From: Ferroglobus placidus DSM 10642
Lineage (GTDB): Archaea > Halobacteriota > Archaeoglobi > Archaeoglobales > Archaeoglobaceae
Direction: 5' to 3'
Length of the DNA stretch: 32,000 nt
Assembly (NCBI RefSeq): GCF_000025505.1
Contig: NC_013849.1
Coordinates: forward strand, 1,350,001 to 1,382,000
Shown here: positions 19,420-28,781 of the stretch, piece after piece
How positions within the stretch are numbered: position 1 is the first letter of the stretch
How the letters are laid out: each line of letters begins with the position of its first letter
Made by a program: the position numbers and the translations under genes
Notes under the pieces: generated by a model
What the model saw: only the letters and a program-made list of their open reading frames with translations
The model's database searches: none
Told to the model about the DNA's origin: nothing

Positions 19420-19898
19420 ACGTCAACCCTCCTTATTCTGCTGAACTCGAGTCCCGCTTTTATTATTCTCAAAACGTCCTTCTCTTCCGGAAACAGGCTT
19501 TCGAGTTTTTTTATCACGTCTATGGCAACTTTTGGATACTTTGACACGAGTTCTGGAATGTAGGGCATGTAAAGATCATCATCCTTCCAGTGAACTTTTT
19601 TTATCTCTTCGTCTTCAGCCAATTCGACTTTTTCCCCAATACTCACTCTTCCCTCCGAAAGCAAAAAACACCTTGCATAGTTTTTCGGCTCCGCAAGATC
19701 CGGAAGAAACTCCTTTATCTCGTCGAGATCGAACTTGCTCATGTACTTTACTATTTCCGGATCCTCGCAGTAAACTTCTACGACAACAGCCAGCTCTTTT
19801 CCAACTTTAACGAATTCCCCAATGCTTAACTCGCCATCAACTTCAAACTCCCTCGAGTTCAAAACTCTGACGACTCTCATTCGCTCCATGCTCTTCAT
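19416..19898 (-). CDS. Uncharacterised 160 aa protein inside the nurA-herA operon; N-terminus resembles a HAS-barrel
   Basis: Lies between nurA and herA with a 4-nt overlap into herA; RVVRVLNSREFEVDGELSIGEFVKVGKELAVVVEVY. Confidence 0.7.
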   Translation of the reverse strand: MKSMERMRVVRVLNSREFEVDGELSIGEFVKVGKELAVVVEVYCEDPEIVKYMSKFDLDEIKEFLPDLAEPKNYARCFLLSEGRVSIGEKVELAEDEEIKKVHWKDDDLYMPYIPELVSKYPKVAIDVIKKLESLFPEEKDVLRIIKAGLEFSRIRRVDV

Positions 19899-19919
19899 CG
19901 CTAAATTTACCTTTTTCCC

Positions 19920-20777
19920 TCACCGCTTGGAGGTTAACTTGCTAACGAACTTGTAGGAAAGAACTCTTGCTCCAACAGCCTTCACGAACTCCTCCTTTTC
20001 CTTTTCCGATATAGTGGCGTATTTGTGAACTCTTTCGAGAATGTAGGGGTAGCCGGAGGTGGAGGAGATTAAACATTCAGCCATTATTACCTTTAAAATT
20101 TCCTCCACTCTATCCTCAAGCCAGGCTGGCATTTCGACCTTAGCCGGGAAGGTGGGATTAACTTTGAAGTATGTTATTAGGAGGTTTCCTCTTCTTATAG
20201 GTTCGATGTACTCGAACATCAATAGGTAGTTTCTCAGAACGTAGGAATCGTAGGCGTTCTGGAAAATCTCCCTCGAGTAGCTTCTATCAACGTAGGCTAT
20301 CAAAGCCGTCTCTTCTTCTTCGCTCAGCTTTAAAAGCTCTTCCAGCTCTTTTAAATACGCTCTCCTCAATTTTTCACTCATTTCCGAGGTGAAAAAGACT
20401 GAAAAACTGCCGTCGTAGAAAGCATATAATTCTTCTCCCATGATTTCTTTTAACATTTCTACTTCGAGCCTGAATCTTTCGAGCTCCAAACTCGTTTCAT
20501 GAGCGACTCCGCTTTTGTACTTCAAATCGTACTTCCCGCTTCCGTGCTCCACGACAAGCCTCGCAGCCTGCACTCCGCCGAAAGGCAAACCGAAGTCTTT
20601 CAGCGGAGAAATCTGGCTTCCGTCTACTCCAGCAACTTTCAAACCTTTCAAAAAGGATTTCAAATCTTCAAGCACGACTTTCTTCTTTTCCAGATCCGGC
20701 AATTCGGCTACCTCGTTCTGTCTGTAGATTTCCCGTATTTTGGCAACGTTTTCTATGAGCTTACCTTCGAATTTCAT
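19920..20777 (-). CDS. nurA: NurA 5'-3' nuclease
   Basis: 285 aa; KVAGVDGSQISPLKDFGLPFGGVQAARLVVEHG, ELYAFYDGSFSVFFTSE, TALIAYVDRSYSREIF, GYPYILERVHKYATISEKEKE; linked to herA/rad50/mre11. Confidence 0.93.
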   Translation of the reverse strand: MKFEGKLIENVAKIREIYRQNEVAELPDLEKKKVVLEDLKSFLKGLKVAGVDGSQISPLKDFGLPFGGVQAARLVVEHGSGKYDLKYKSGVAHETSLELERFRLEVEMLKEIMGEELYAFYDGSFSVFFTSEMSEKLRRAYLKELEELLKLSEEEETALIAYVDRSYSREIFQNAYDSYVLRNYLLMFEYIEPIRRGNLLITYFKVNPTFPAKVEMPAWLEDRVEEILKVIMAECLISSTSGYPYILERVHKYATISEKEKEEFVKAVGARVLSYKFVSKLTSKR

Positions 20778-23431
20778 ACGATCGACACTCCGTTCTCCTT
20801 TCTAACTCTAATCACGTTTTCCACCATTTCCTCGAAAGTATCGTCGTGTGTTATTACGAAAATCTGTCTGAACCCTTTTATGTTAGTTATCTGCCTTGCG
20901 AAATTTCTTCTCCTCTCCTCGTCCATGTTCTGGGTTGGCTCGTCGAAAAACACCACCCCGGCTGACGACAAGAACTTTAGAAGTGCGAGTCTGACTGAGA
21001 GAGCGGCAACGACCTGCTCTCCGCCGCTCATCTGCTGAAAGCTAATTTCTCTCCCCATGTACTTCGCTTTTATTCCGAAGTCTTCAGACAACTCTATTTG
21101 CCATGAATAGTCGTCCATTATTTCGCAGAATATCCTGTTAGCTTCAGCTGAGATTGCTTCTGTGTACGCTTTTATCATCTGGGGAATAGCCTCTTTCAAA
21201 ACCTCTCTGACGAGGTTAACGAACTCGAGCTTCTTCCTAAACTCCTCCATGTTCTTCTTTAAATCTTCGAATTTCTCTTCGCTCTCCTTCAAATCTCCAA
21301 GCTCTTTTTCCATGTCTTTGACGGCTTTTTCCAGCTGTCCGAGTTTCCCTTCAATCTTTCCGAGTTCGAGGTTGATCTCTCTAAGGGATTTCTCCAATTC
21401 TTCCAGCTCCTCCTCTTTGTAAACTTTTTCGATGCTTTTAATCGAGTCTTCTAACTTTTCTTTTTCAGTTTCGAGTTCTTTTAGCCTTTTTACCTTCTGT
21501 TTTAGCTCTGCCTCGATTCTCTCCTTTTCTTTAACTCTCTCCTGGCAAAGAATGTACCTTTCGTAGCTTTCTCTCTTCTCCTCCAAAACTTTTTCCAATT
21601 TTTCGAGAAATCTTTTTAGTTCCTCGTAAGCTTTTTCAATTTTTTCGAAGTTCTTCAGCTCTTCTTTCTTCTCATCAAGTTCCTTTTCGAGAATTTCTTT
21701 TGTTTTCTCGATCTCCCTCAACCGCTCCTCGAGCTTTCTCTTTTCCCCAAGCTTTTGAACGCTCCCGGACACTTTTTCCAGCTCATCCTCAAGCATCTGC
21801 CTTTTTTCGAGCTCTTCTCTTTTTTTACTCAGCTCTTCTTTCAGTTTCTCTATTTCCCTTTCAAGCTCTTTAACAGATCTCTCTAAAGCCTCTTTTCTCT
21901 TCAATTCATTCGTCAAAACTTTTTCTTCTTTTTCTAACTCCTCAAAAACTTTCAAAGCTTTTTCGAGCTTTTCAGTTTTCTCCTCAAGCTTTTCGAGTTT
22001 CTGAAGGAGAATTTTAATTTCTTCTTCGATGTTCTTGGCGTGTTCGACAATTCTGTCGCAGCTTTCGTCTATGATCGGACATAAGCCCTTTTCAGCTTCC
22101 TCTTTCTGTTTTTGCAACTCCGCTATTCTGCTTTTAATCTTGCTCCTCTTGTCCAACGCTTTTAAGTAAAGCTCCTTAACGTTAGCGAGCTTGGCAATCT
22201 GCCCCTTAACTTTTCCGAGCTTCTCTTCGGCTTTTCTAATTCTTAGCAATTCTTCTCTCTTTTCGTCGTAGCTTTCCTTCAAACTTTTTAAGTGATTCTC
22301 AAGAGCAGCAAGCTCGTTTTCCAGAGAATTCAGCCTTTCGAGCTCTCTTTTTAGCTCCTCTTCTCTTTTCGCGAACTCTTCAACTCCTTCCAGCTCTTTC
22401 AAACTTTTCTTTATCCTCTCAGCTTCGTCGGAAGCCTCCTTAATTCTCTCTTCTATTGCTCTGCAGCTTTCGGATATTTTTATCAGCTCGTCTCTCTTTT
22501 TCGAAATTTTTTCGAGAGTTTCCCTTTTCTCCTTAATTTTTCTCTCAGCCTCCAGATATTTTTCGTAGTCGTCCTTAAGCCTTTCAATTTCCATTTCAAG
22601 CTTTTCGATCTCTTCAATCTGACTTTTCAGCTTTTCAACCTCTGGAGCGATGAAACTGATCTCTTTTAAAATCTCCGATTTTCGAAGACGGAGACTTTCG
22701 AGTTCTTCTTTCAGCTTGATTAATTCGTCACTTCTTCTTTCGATCTCTTCTCTTCTTTTACGGAATTCTTCTCTTCTCTTTCTCAGTTCTTCAATTTCCT
22801 TTTTTGAGGAGCTTAAAGCCGAAATAAGCCTATCTTTGTTTTCAATCTTAGCCTTTAGGTAGCTCATCTCCCTTTCGATCTCGTGAATTTTAGTTTCGTA
22901 AAATCTTACGATTTCCCTCGCGTTTTCGTAGGCTTTTTTGTACCTCTCAATTCCGAGGAGGGGCGTGAATATCTCCCTTCTAACGGACGGCTGGGCGATG
23001 AAGTGGGAAACTATGTTTCCCTGGGAAACTCCTATTGCATTTTCGAAAATTTCCCTTGGGGAAACCTCGAGTTTAAAGTGTTGCTTTATCCACTCGGTAA
23101 CGTCCTTAACGCCACTCGCGACTCTTCCGAGTTCTAAGTCTTCTATGTAGTAGTGGGTCGTTTTCCCCCCTTCTATCTTCCTTACGGCAATGTACTCCCT
23201 CTCATCAAGAGGGCTGACGAATTTGACTCTTATCTCCGCCTTTTTTTCCCCTCTTCTAACGAAATCGGAGATGTTGTAAGGTAGGTGATCGAAAAGAACG
23301 AAGCCTATAGCTTCGAGAATCGTAGTTTTTCCGGCTCCGTTTCTACCTATTATTGCGTTAATGCCTTCCGTAAACTCTATTTTCTGCCTGCTATAACTTT
23401 TTACGTTTTCGAGGTAAACTTCTCTTATCAT
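20774..23431 (-). CDS. rad50: Rad50 ATPase
   Basis: 885 aa; MIREVYLENVKSYSRQKIEFTEGINAIIGRNGAGKTTILEAI, long coiled coils, signature QMSGGEQVVAALSVRLAL, VVFFDEPTQNMDEERR. The apex motif is CPIIDESC rather than CXXC. Confidence 0.96.
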   Translation of the reverse strand: MIREVYLENVKSYSRQKIEFTEGINAIIGRNGAGKTTILEAIGFVLFDHLPYNISDFVRRGEKKAEIRVKFVSPLDEREYIAVRKIEGGKTTHYYIEDLELGRVASGVKDVTEWIKQHFKLEVSPREIFENAIGVSQGNIVSHFIAQPSVRREIFTPLLGIERYKKAYENAREIVRFYETKIHEIEREMSYLKAKIENKDRLISALSSSKKEIEELRKRREEFRKRREEIERRSDELIKLKEELESLRLRKSEILKEISFIAPEVEKLKSQIEEIEKLEMEIERLKDDYEKYLEAERKIKEKRETLEKISKKRDELIKISESCRAIEERIKEASDEAERIKKSLKELEGVEEFAKREEELKRELERLNSLENELAALENHLKSLKESYDEKREELLRIRKAEEKLGKVKGQIAKLANVKELYLKALDKRSKIKSRIAELQKQKEEAEKGLCPIIDESCDRIVEHAKNIEEEIKILLQKLEKLEEKTEKLEKALKVFEELEKEEKVLTNELKRKEALERSVKELEREIEKLKEELSKKREELEKRQMLEDELEKVSGSVQKLGEKRKLEERLREIEKTKEILEKELDEKKEELKNFEKIEKAYEELKRFLEKLEKVLEEKRESYERYILCQERVKEKERIEAELKQKVKRLKELETEKEKLEDSIKSIEKVYKEEELEELEKSLREINLELGKIEGKLGQLEKAVKDMEKELGDLKESEEKFEDLKKNMEEFRKKLEFVNLVREVLKEAIPQMIKAYTEAISAEANRIFCEIMDDYSWQIELSEDFGIKAKYMGREISFQQMSGGEQVVAALSVRLALLKFLSSAGVVFFDEPTQNMDEERRRNFARQITNIKGFRQIFVITHDDTFEEMVENVIRVRKENGVSIV

Positions 23432-24668
23432 AAGCTCTCCTCCAGTCCCAGACTTCCTCCTCTACTTCCTCCTCAGCCTCCTCGACTTCTTTCTCCATCC
23501 TCTTAACCTCTCTCCTTCCAACTTTAACGAGGTCGTCTATTAAGCCGAAAGCGTCCTCAACTTTTTTGTCCGCGAGAAGCTCTTTAAGCTTTAAAACATC
23601 GTCAGCTAAGTCTTCGTAGCCGAACCTTGATAAGAGCTGCTTTAAAACGCCTTTCTCGATTTCCGCTCTACTCGAATAATCCGAAATTTTCACGTCGTAG
23701 GTGGAAGCTTCCGGAATCCATTCGACTTTCAAGACGAGGGGAGAGAGAACTTCTTTGGCAATTTTTTCCACCTTTTCCTCATCAACTATTCCCTTGACTC
23801 TGTATTTAATTTTCAGAATCACGACTTCCTTGCCTCTACCTCTGTTTTTGACAAGAAACTCTTTGAACTCTCTTAAATCCGAACTCTTGAACTCGTATTC
23901 AAGAAATCTGAAAGTTCTTGGGGTGTAAAAGTTCTTCTCGTGAACGTATTTAATTTCGTCGTTGACGTCAACAATGAACATCCCCTTCTCGAAGAAGCTC
24001 TCTCTCGCGTCGCAGCTTTCCAAGCTTCCCGGATTGAAGATGAAGTCGTCTTCGACGTACTTCATGTGAATGTGTCCCAAAGCAACGTAGTCGATCTTGT
24101 TTCTGTATCTGTGCAATATTTCGGAGCTTATGCAGCCATAAATGTCCATGTACTTCTCAACTCCGAAGTGGGAGACGAATATAGTGAAACCGTCCTTTTT
24201 AATTCTCGGAAGATAATCGGAGAGAACTTTCTCCGTTAACGCTCCGAAGTACTTTAGTCCGTAAATTCTCACCTCTCCCAAGTCTACGTACGCTCCGTTC
24301 TGCCCGTTCCACTCCTCCAAAACTATCCCATCGTCGAAGTTCGGTTTTAGATTTATCAGGTATTTCTCCGCAGCCAGATAATCGAGCCACGTGAAGCGCT
24401 CTCTAAAGTAGCTTGCGTCGTGATTTCCCTCCACAGCTATTACCGGCACGTTTACCTTCTCCAAAACCTTAGTAGCTTGAGCGAGGGTTATCGGATCCAT
24501 CTCGCTTTTCTTGTGGAAGAAGTCTCCGGCTATAATTATGAAATCAACATCCTTGCTCAACGCGAATTCAATCGCGTTTTTAAAAGCTTGAGCGAAGTCT
24601 ATCATCCTTTCTTCGCTACCGTACTGCTTGTATCCTAAGTGGGTGTCTGCGAGGTGAGCGAATCTCAC
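23391..24668 (-). CDS. mre11: Mre11 nuclease
   Basis: 425 aa; MRFAHLADTHLGYKQYG, IIAGDFFHK, VEGNHDA, VALGHIHMKYV, FNPGSLESC; 3' end overlaps rad50 by 41 nt. Confidence 0.96.
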   Translation of the reverse strand: MRFAHLADTHLGYKQYGSEERMIDFAQAFKNAIEFALSKDVDFIIIAGDFFHKKSEMDPITLAQATKVLEKVNVPVIAVEGNHDASYFRERFTWLDYLAAEKYLINLKPNFDDGIVLEEWNGQNGAYVDLGEVRIYGLKYFGALTEKVLSDYLPRIKKDGFTIFVSHFGVEKYMDIYGCISSEILHRYRNKIDYVALGHIHMKYVEDDFIFNPGSLESCDARESFFEKGMFIVDVNDEIKYVHEKNFYTPRTFRFLEYEFKSSDLREFKEFLVKNRGRGKEVVILKIKYRVKGIVDEEKVEKIAKEVLSPLVLKVEWIPEASTYDVKISDYSSRAEIEKGVLKQLLSRFGYEDLADDVLKLKELLADKKVEDAFGLIDDLVKVGRREVKRMEKEVEEAEEEVEEEVWDWRRAYDKRSLPRKRKKL

Positions 24669-24737
24669 ATCCTATTGTTTCTTCTGGAGCTTTTATTTCT
24701 TGTCCTCGCGTGAAGTTTTTATACGTGAGGAGATTAC

Positions 24738-26090
24738 TTGATAATCTGCATGTACAAAGTCAGGGAAAGGGATTTCGTAATACTCACCGAAGTCCTCAGG
24801 AAATCCGAAGAAATCAAGCCGAGTCAGTATGCCAAGAGGATTGTTTTCGAAAAGTACGGAATACTCGGCACAGATTTAGATAGAATTCTCACAGCCGTAT
24901 ACTACAAGATAATGAAAAGACTCGGAATAATCGACAAAATAATTAGGAATGTGGTAGGAGTTCATCAAAACATCCTCGATCCGTGGCTTAGAGCTGCTTT
25001 ACGCGTTACTGTAGAATTTTTCGTTTTCGAGAAAAAGTACGTGAAGCATCTGGATAAGAACGCTGTTAGGAAAAGCGTTGCAAGTTTTCTTTCTAAAACA
25101 ACTCACCCCTACGTCGGAATGTTTTACTACGAGATTTTCGATAAGGTTACTTCCTACGAGCTTCAGCCGAGGAACGAAATTGAGAAACTCGAATTCAAGT
25201 ACCTCCTTCCGGCTTGGTACATAGAAAGGATGAAAGAAGTTGTTGGAGAAGAGCTGGAAGATTTGCTTAAAGCTTTGAACACAGAACCAAAAATCAGCGT
25301 AAGAGTGAACACGCTGAAAGCAAGGGTTGAAGAAGTGGTTAAAGCTCTGGAAAAGGAGGGAAAGGAAGTTACGATCAGCGAAGTCGTTCCGACGGTGCTC
25401 AAATTCGACGGACCTTACGATTTCGACAGATCCAAGCTTTATAGGAAGGGTAAGTTCGTCATACAGGAAGAGGCGTCAGCTTTAGCTTCAATTCTTCTCG
25501 ATCCTAAGCCCGGGGAGGTCGTTGTGGATCTCTGCGCAGCACCGGGAGGGAAAACCCTTCACATGGCTGAGCTGATGAAAAACAGAGGGGTAATTCACGC
25601 TTTCGACATCGACGAGCTGAGGTTGAAGAGAATGGAGGAGTTGATTGAGAGGTGCGGAATAAGAATCGTAAAAATATACAAGAAAGACGCGAGAAAAGCA
25701 ACGAAAATTCTCGGGGAGAGCGTAGCTGACAAGGTTATGCTCGACGCTCCTTGCACTTCGGACGGAACGTTAATGAAGAATCCTGAGCTAAGGTGGAGAA
25801 TTAGGGAGGAAAAGATAGAGGAGTTGGCGGAGCTTCAGTACGAGCTTCTTAACGTTGCCGTTGATTTGCTCAAGCCGGGAGGCAGAGTTTTGTACTGCAC
25901 GTGCTCGATGTTTAAAGAGGAGAACGAAGGAGTTGTTGAAAGAATTTTAAAAGAAAGAAAAGACGTTAGACTCGTTCCGCTGAGCGGATATTATTCTCCG
26001 GGCTTCATCGAAGGAACTATAAGAGCTTTCCCTCACAGGCACAACACCATAGGATTCTTCTACGCTCTCCTCGAAAAAACTACCTCTTAA
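24738..26090 (+). CDS. NOP2/Sun-family RNA (cytosine-5) methyltransferase
   Basis: 450 aa; NusB-like N-terminus, [70 protein letters not shown]. The start may be the ATG a few codons downstream. Confidence 0.93.
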   Translation: MIICMYKVRERDFVILTEVLRKSEEIKPSQYAKRIVFEKYGILGTDLDRILTAVYYKIMKRLGIIDKIIRNVVGVHQNILDPWLRAALRVTVEFFVFEKKYVKHLDKNAVRKSVASFLSKTTHPYVGMFYYEIFDKVTSYELQPRNEIEKLEFKYLLPAWYIERMKEVVGEELEDLLKALNTEPKISVRVNTLKARVEEVVKALEKEGKEVTISEVVPTVLKFDGPYDFDRSKLYRKGKFVIQEEASALASILLDPKPGEVVVDLCAAPGGKTLHMAELMKNRGVIHAFDIDELRLKRMEELIERCGIRIVKIYKKDARKATKILGESVADKVMLDAPCTSDGTLMKNPELRWRIREEKIEELAELQYELLNVAVDLLKPGGRVLYCTCSMFKEENEGVVERILKERKDVRLVPLSGYYSPGFIEGTIRAFPHRHNTIGFFYALLEKTTS

Positions 26091-26661
26091 ACCTCGGCAT
26101 GCAAATTATTTCTCTGACTTCCATGTCGAAGAAGTTGTTCATGTGAGCAGGTCTAATTACTGCTGCCGTATCGGCTCCTCTACTTCTACCTCCGACGCAC
26201 ACCACCTCTTCTATAGGGATTGCTCCGCTGTCGGCAGCCATTATAGCAATTTCAACGCAGACCTTCATTCCGTGTCCAAAGAGAGAGCGTAGAGCTTCGG
26301 CAACGGCTTCAACTCTGCTCGCTCCTCCGAACTTTCTCGTGAAGCTCCTTTCAACTCCGCTTAAAGCGTGACTCTGTCTAACGATCTTCACGCCTTTACT
26401 CCTAAAGAATTCTTCGACCTCTTCGCTCATCGAATTCTCTCCCTCTTTGTAAAATCCGGTGTGGTAGGTAACGCAAACGAGATTTATTTCAGCTTTCCTC
26501 TTTTCGAGAACCTCCAAAGCCTTTTTTGCGGTCTCGCCAGTAGAAGAAGCAACGACCAAGTGCTTTATTCCTCTCTTTAAAGCCCTTTCCACCGCAAGTT
26601 CGAGCGTTTTTTCAGTATTTTGCTTTCCCGGTTTTTCGAAGTAGTAGATTTCCTCCATCAT
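26080..26661 (-). CDS. Pyruvate kinase alpha/beta-like domain protein
   Basis: 193 aa; [84 protein letters not shown]; 11-nt convergent overlap with the upstream-listed gene. Confidence 0.78.
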   Translation of the reverse strand: MMEEIYYFEKPGKQNTEKTLELAVERALKRGIKHLVVASSTGETAKKALEVLEKRKAEINLVCVTYHTGFYKEGENSMSEEVEEFFRSKGVKIVRQSHALSGVERSFTRKFGGASRVEAVAEALRSLFGHGMKVCVEIAIMAADSGAIPIEEVVCVGGRSRGADTAAVIRPAHMNNFFDMEVREIICMPRFKR

Positions 26662-26918
26662 ACGTAAAAGAGGAGGAACACTATCAGCATTAAAACTATC
26701 GTAAGAATCAAAGCTAAGACCGCCATTCGGGAGGAGCCGAACACTATTGGGATTGGACCTATAAGAACTACTCCTCCAGCCTCTACTTTCCTTCTCTCTC
26801 TTTCTTCGAATTCTTCCTCTCTGTATTCCGGAATCTGAATTTCAACCCTTTCTGTAAGACCTTTAACGAGCAAGAAAATTCCGATAGCAATTAGTGCTAT
26901 CGCTAAGTACTCGAGCAT
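26658..26918 (-). CDS. DUF131/TIGR00304-like small membrane protein
   Basis: 86 aa; [39 protein letters not shown]. Confidence 0.8.
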   Translation of the reverse strand: MLEYLAIALIAIGIFLLVKGLTERVEIQIPEYREEEFEERERRKVEAGGVVLIGPIPIVFGSSRMAVLALILTIVLMLIVFLLFYV

Positions 26919-26919
26919 G

Positions 26920-27132
26920 TCACCACCTCAGAGAGAAGAGGATAAGAAGAAGCGCGGCAAGCAAAACGACAAGAGTGATAATAGAAACTGAGGAGCCGAA
27001 AACTATGGGAATCGGACCGATTATAACCACTCCTCCGTACTCCACTTCCGCTTTTTCCGCTTGAGATATTAAGAGGAGAGTAAATCCAAGGAAAATTAAG
27101 GCGATTCCGGAAAAAACCTTTACGGGATTCAT
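26920..27132 (-). CDS. DUF131/TIGR00304-like small membrane protein, tandem paralogue
   Basis: 70 aa; [38 protein letters not shown]; shares the [14 protein letters not shown] motif with its neighbour. Confidence 0.8.
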   Translation of the reverse strand: MNPVKVFSGIALIFLGFTLLLISQAEKAEVEYGGVVIIGPIPIVFGSSVSIITLVVLLAALLLILFSLRW

Positions 27133-27147
27133 AATAAAAAATGGGTT

Positions 27148-27645
27148 TTAGGGCCTAATAATTTCTCCGCTCTGATAGGTGAAGTAAGCTCCCGACTTTG
27201 CGTGCATGAGGAATTTGAAGTTCTCCACGTCCGGTTCTCCGTTTTTGAAAGCGTCTCCGTAGGTAACGTTCACGATCTCTCCTACGAAGAATATGTGGTC
27301 TCCCGTCTCGACTTCTTTCACGACTTTGCATTCAATGTTTGCTGCGCACTCCTTAATCGACGGAGCGCTCACCTTTTGCGAAGGCACGAACGTTACGCTC
27401 ATCTTTTCAGCCTTATTTTCCCTCGCTCCGCTTGTCGTTCCCGCAATCCAGACGTCCTTCAGCAGTTCCACTGTTGGGACGGCAATAACGAACTCCTTCT
27501 GCTCCTCAACGAGTTTTCTCGTGTATCTCGTCTTTCCTATCGCCACTCCAGCCAGCGGTGGTGAGAAGCTGAGGGGAGTGACCCAGTCAGCTGTCATCGG
27601 ATTTGGTCTCTCGATGGTTCCGGCGACGATTATAAAAGTCCTCAT
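27148..27645 (-). CDS. Flavin reductase-like (flavoredoxin-type) protein
   Basis: Track ORF runs to 28017 but the plausible start is ATG at 27643-27645: MRTFIIVAGTIERPNPMTADWVTPLSFSPPLAGVAIGKTRYT...ECKVVKEVETGDHIFFVGEIV. Confidence 0.82.
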   Translation of the reverse strand: MRTFIIVAGTIERPNPMTADWVTPLSFSPPLAGVAIGKTRYTRKLVEEQKEFVIAVPTVELLKDVWIAGTTSGARENKAEKMSVTFVPSQKVSAPSIKECAANIECKVVKEVETGDHIFFVGEIVNVTYGDAFKNGEPDVENFKFLMHAKSGAYFTYQSGEIIRP

Positions 27646-27741
27646 CGGATACAAGTAGCTCAGCATGTTCTGTATTTTTCGAGGCTTTGAATAATAATCT
27701 TTCGAGAAGGCTTTTATACCCGAAGAAATTAACGGAGTTAC

Positions 27742-27975
27742 ATGGGACTGAAGGAGAAAGTTGAAGAAGTAATTGAGAAGGAGATAAGACCGGCTTTGAT
27801 AAGGGACGGGGGAAACATAGCCGTTGTTGACGTGGACGAGGAAAGTGGAGAGGTTAAAGTGAAGCTCCTCGGCTCCTGCTACGGCTGTCCAATGTCGCAG
27901 ATAACGCTGACGATGTTTGTGGAGCAGCATTTGAAATCGAGAGTACCTGAGGTGAAAAAGGTAACTCCTGTTTGA
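27742..27975 (+). CDS. NifU C-terminal (Nfu)-like Fe-S scaffold domain protein
   Basis: 77 aa; IRPALIRDGGNIAVVDVDEESGEVKVKLLGSCYGCPMSQITLTMFVEQHL (CXXC). Confidence 0.9.
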   Translation: MGLKEKVEEVIEKEIRPALIRDGGNIAVVDVDEESGEVKVKLLGSCYGCPMSQITLTMFVEQHLKSRVPEVKKVTPV

Positions 27976-28151
27976 TAAAACGTAAATTTTCGTTTCGGAA
28001 ATTGGGCGAGTAGACATCTTTTTTGACAGCGAGCTTTAAATTTCCTTGCACGTAACGAATTTTTACAAAAAGCGAACGTAACTTTGAAGATAGCCAAAGC
28101 CATGTTAAATTTAACAAAAGGTATTTGAAATATCCGTAAGAATTCAAAAGC

Positions 28152-28373
28152 ATGGGAAAGGTAATCGAGGTCGTATACGAGAATGGGGTGTTCAAACCTG
28201 CAAAAAAGATATCGTTGCCCGAAAAGACTAAAGGGAAGGTAATAATAGAAGAAAAAGTGATGGGTGACATTGAGGATATCTCAAAGGAAGTTGATGAAAT
28301 TTTGAAAGACACGAGGATCGACGAAGACCCTCTGGAAGTTCTACTTGAGATGAGGAAGAGACCATGGGATTAA
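28152..28373 (+). CDS. DUF104/AF2212-like antitoxin
   Basis: 73 aa; MGKVIEVVYENGVFKPAKKISLPEKTKGKVIIEEKV; directly followed by PIN-domain coding sequence. Confidence 0.82.
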   Translation: MGKVIEVVYENGVFKPAKKISLPEKTKGKVIIEEKVMGDIEDISKEVDEILKDTRIDEDPLEVLLEMRKRPWD

Positions 28374-28781
28374 CGATCGACACTTCCATTTTAGTCGATT
28401 TACATAAAATCAAAGGAATTTCTGAAATCTGCTAAAGGCAAATCAGTTTACTGCCCAAAGTTAATCTTGGCAGAAATACTCGGCGTTCTCGTTAGATATA
28501 ACGTCAAATTAGCAGATGTCGGATACGATTTCGTCCTTAAAAACTTCAACTTAATCGAAGAGGACGTAATATTTGATGAAATCCTGAAAGTTTGTAAGAG
28601 TACGGGATCGAGAGCGGTTGATGGATATTTTATAGCAACAGCTAAATTAACGGATTCAATTTTGATAACGAACGACAGAATAATGGCAAGTAATGTAAAA
28701 AAGTATGGAATTGAGGCTTACTACTTAATCGAAGAATTCAATCGAGCTATAAACAGAATAAAAGAATTACAGCAATCTTAG
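28364..28781 (+). pseudogene. Frameshifted VapC-type PIN-domain toxin
   Basis: ATG at 28364 gives MGLTIDTSILVDLHKIKGISEIC* (stop 28433-28435). The next frame carries SKEFLKSAKGKSVYCPKLILAEILGVLVRYN...SRAVDGYFIATAKLTDSILITNDRIMASNVKKYGIEAYYL. The expected acidic residues are split between the two frames. Confidence 0.78.

Noticed and set aside
18961-20777. HerA-NurA-Mre11-Rad50 as a novel anti-phage system
   Set aside because: This gene set and order match the known archaeal chromosomal DNA end-resection operon; only the extra 160 aa gene and the Rad50 hook variant are unusual.
20499-23506. Plus-strand ORFs (20499, 20515, 21162, 22650, 22883, 22938, 23285) opposite nurA, rad50 and mre11
   Set aside because: All lie within strong minus-strand genes, and their Phe/Ser/Leu-rich content reflects the antisense of Lys/Glu-rich coding sequence.
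27646-28017. N-terminal extension of the flavin reductase-like ORF to 28017
   Set aside because: The extension is antisense to the well-supported Nfu-like gene, and the family homology begins at MRTFIIVAGTIERPNPMT.
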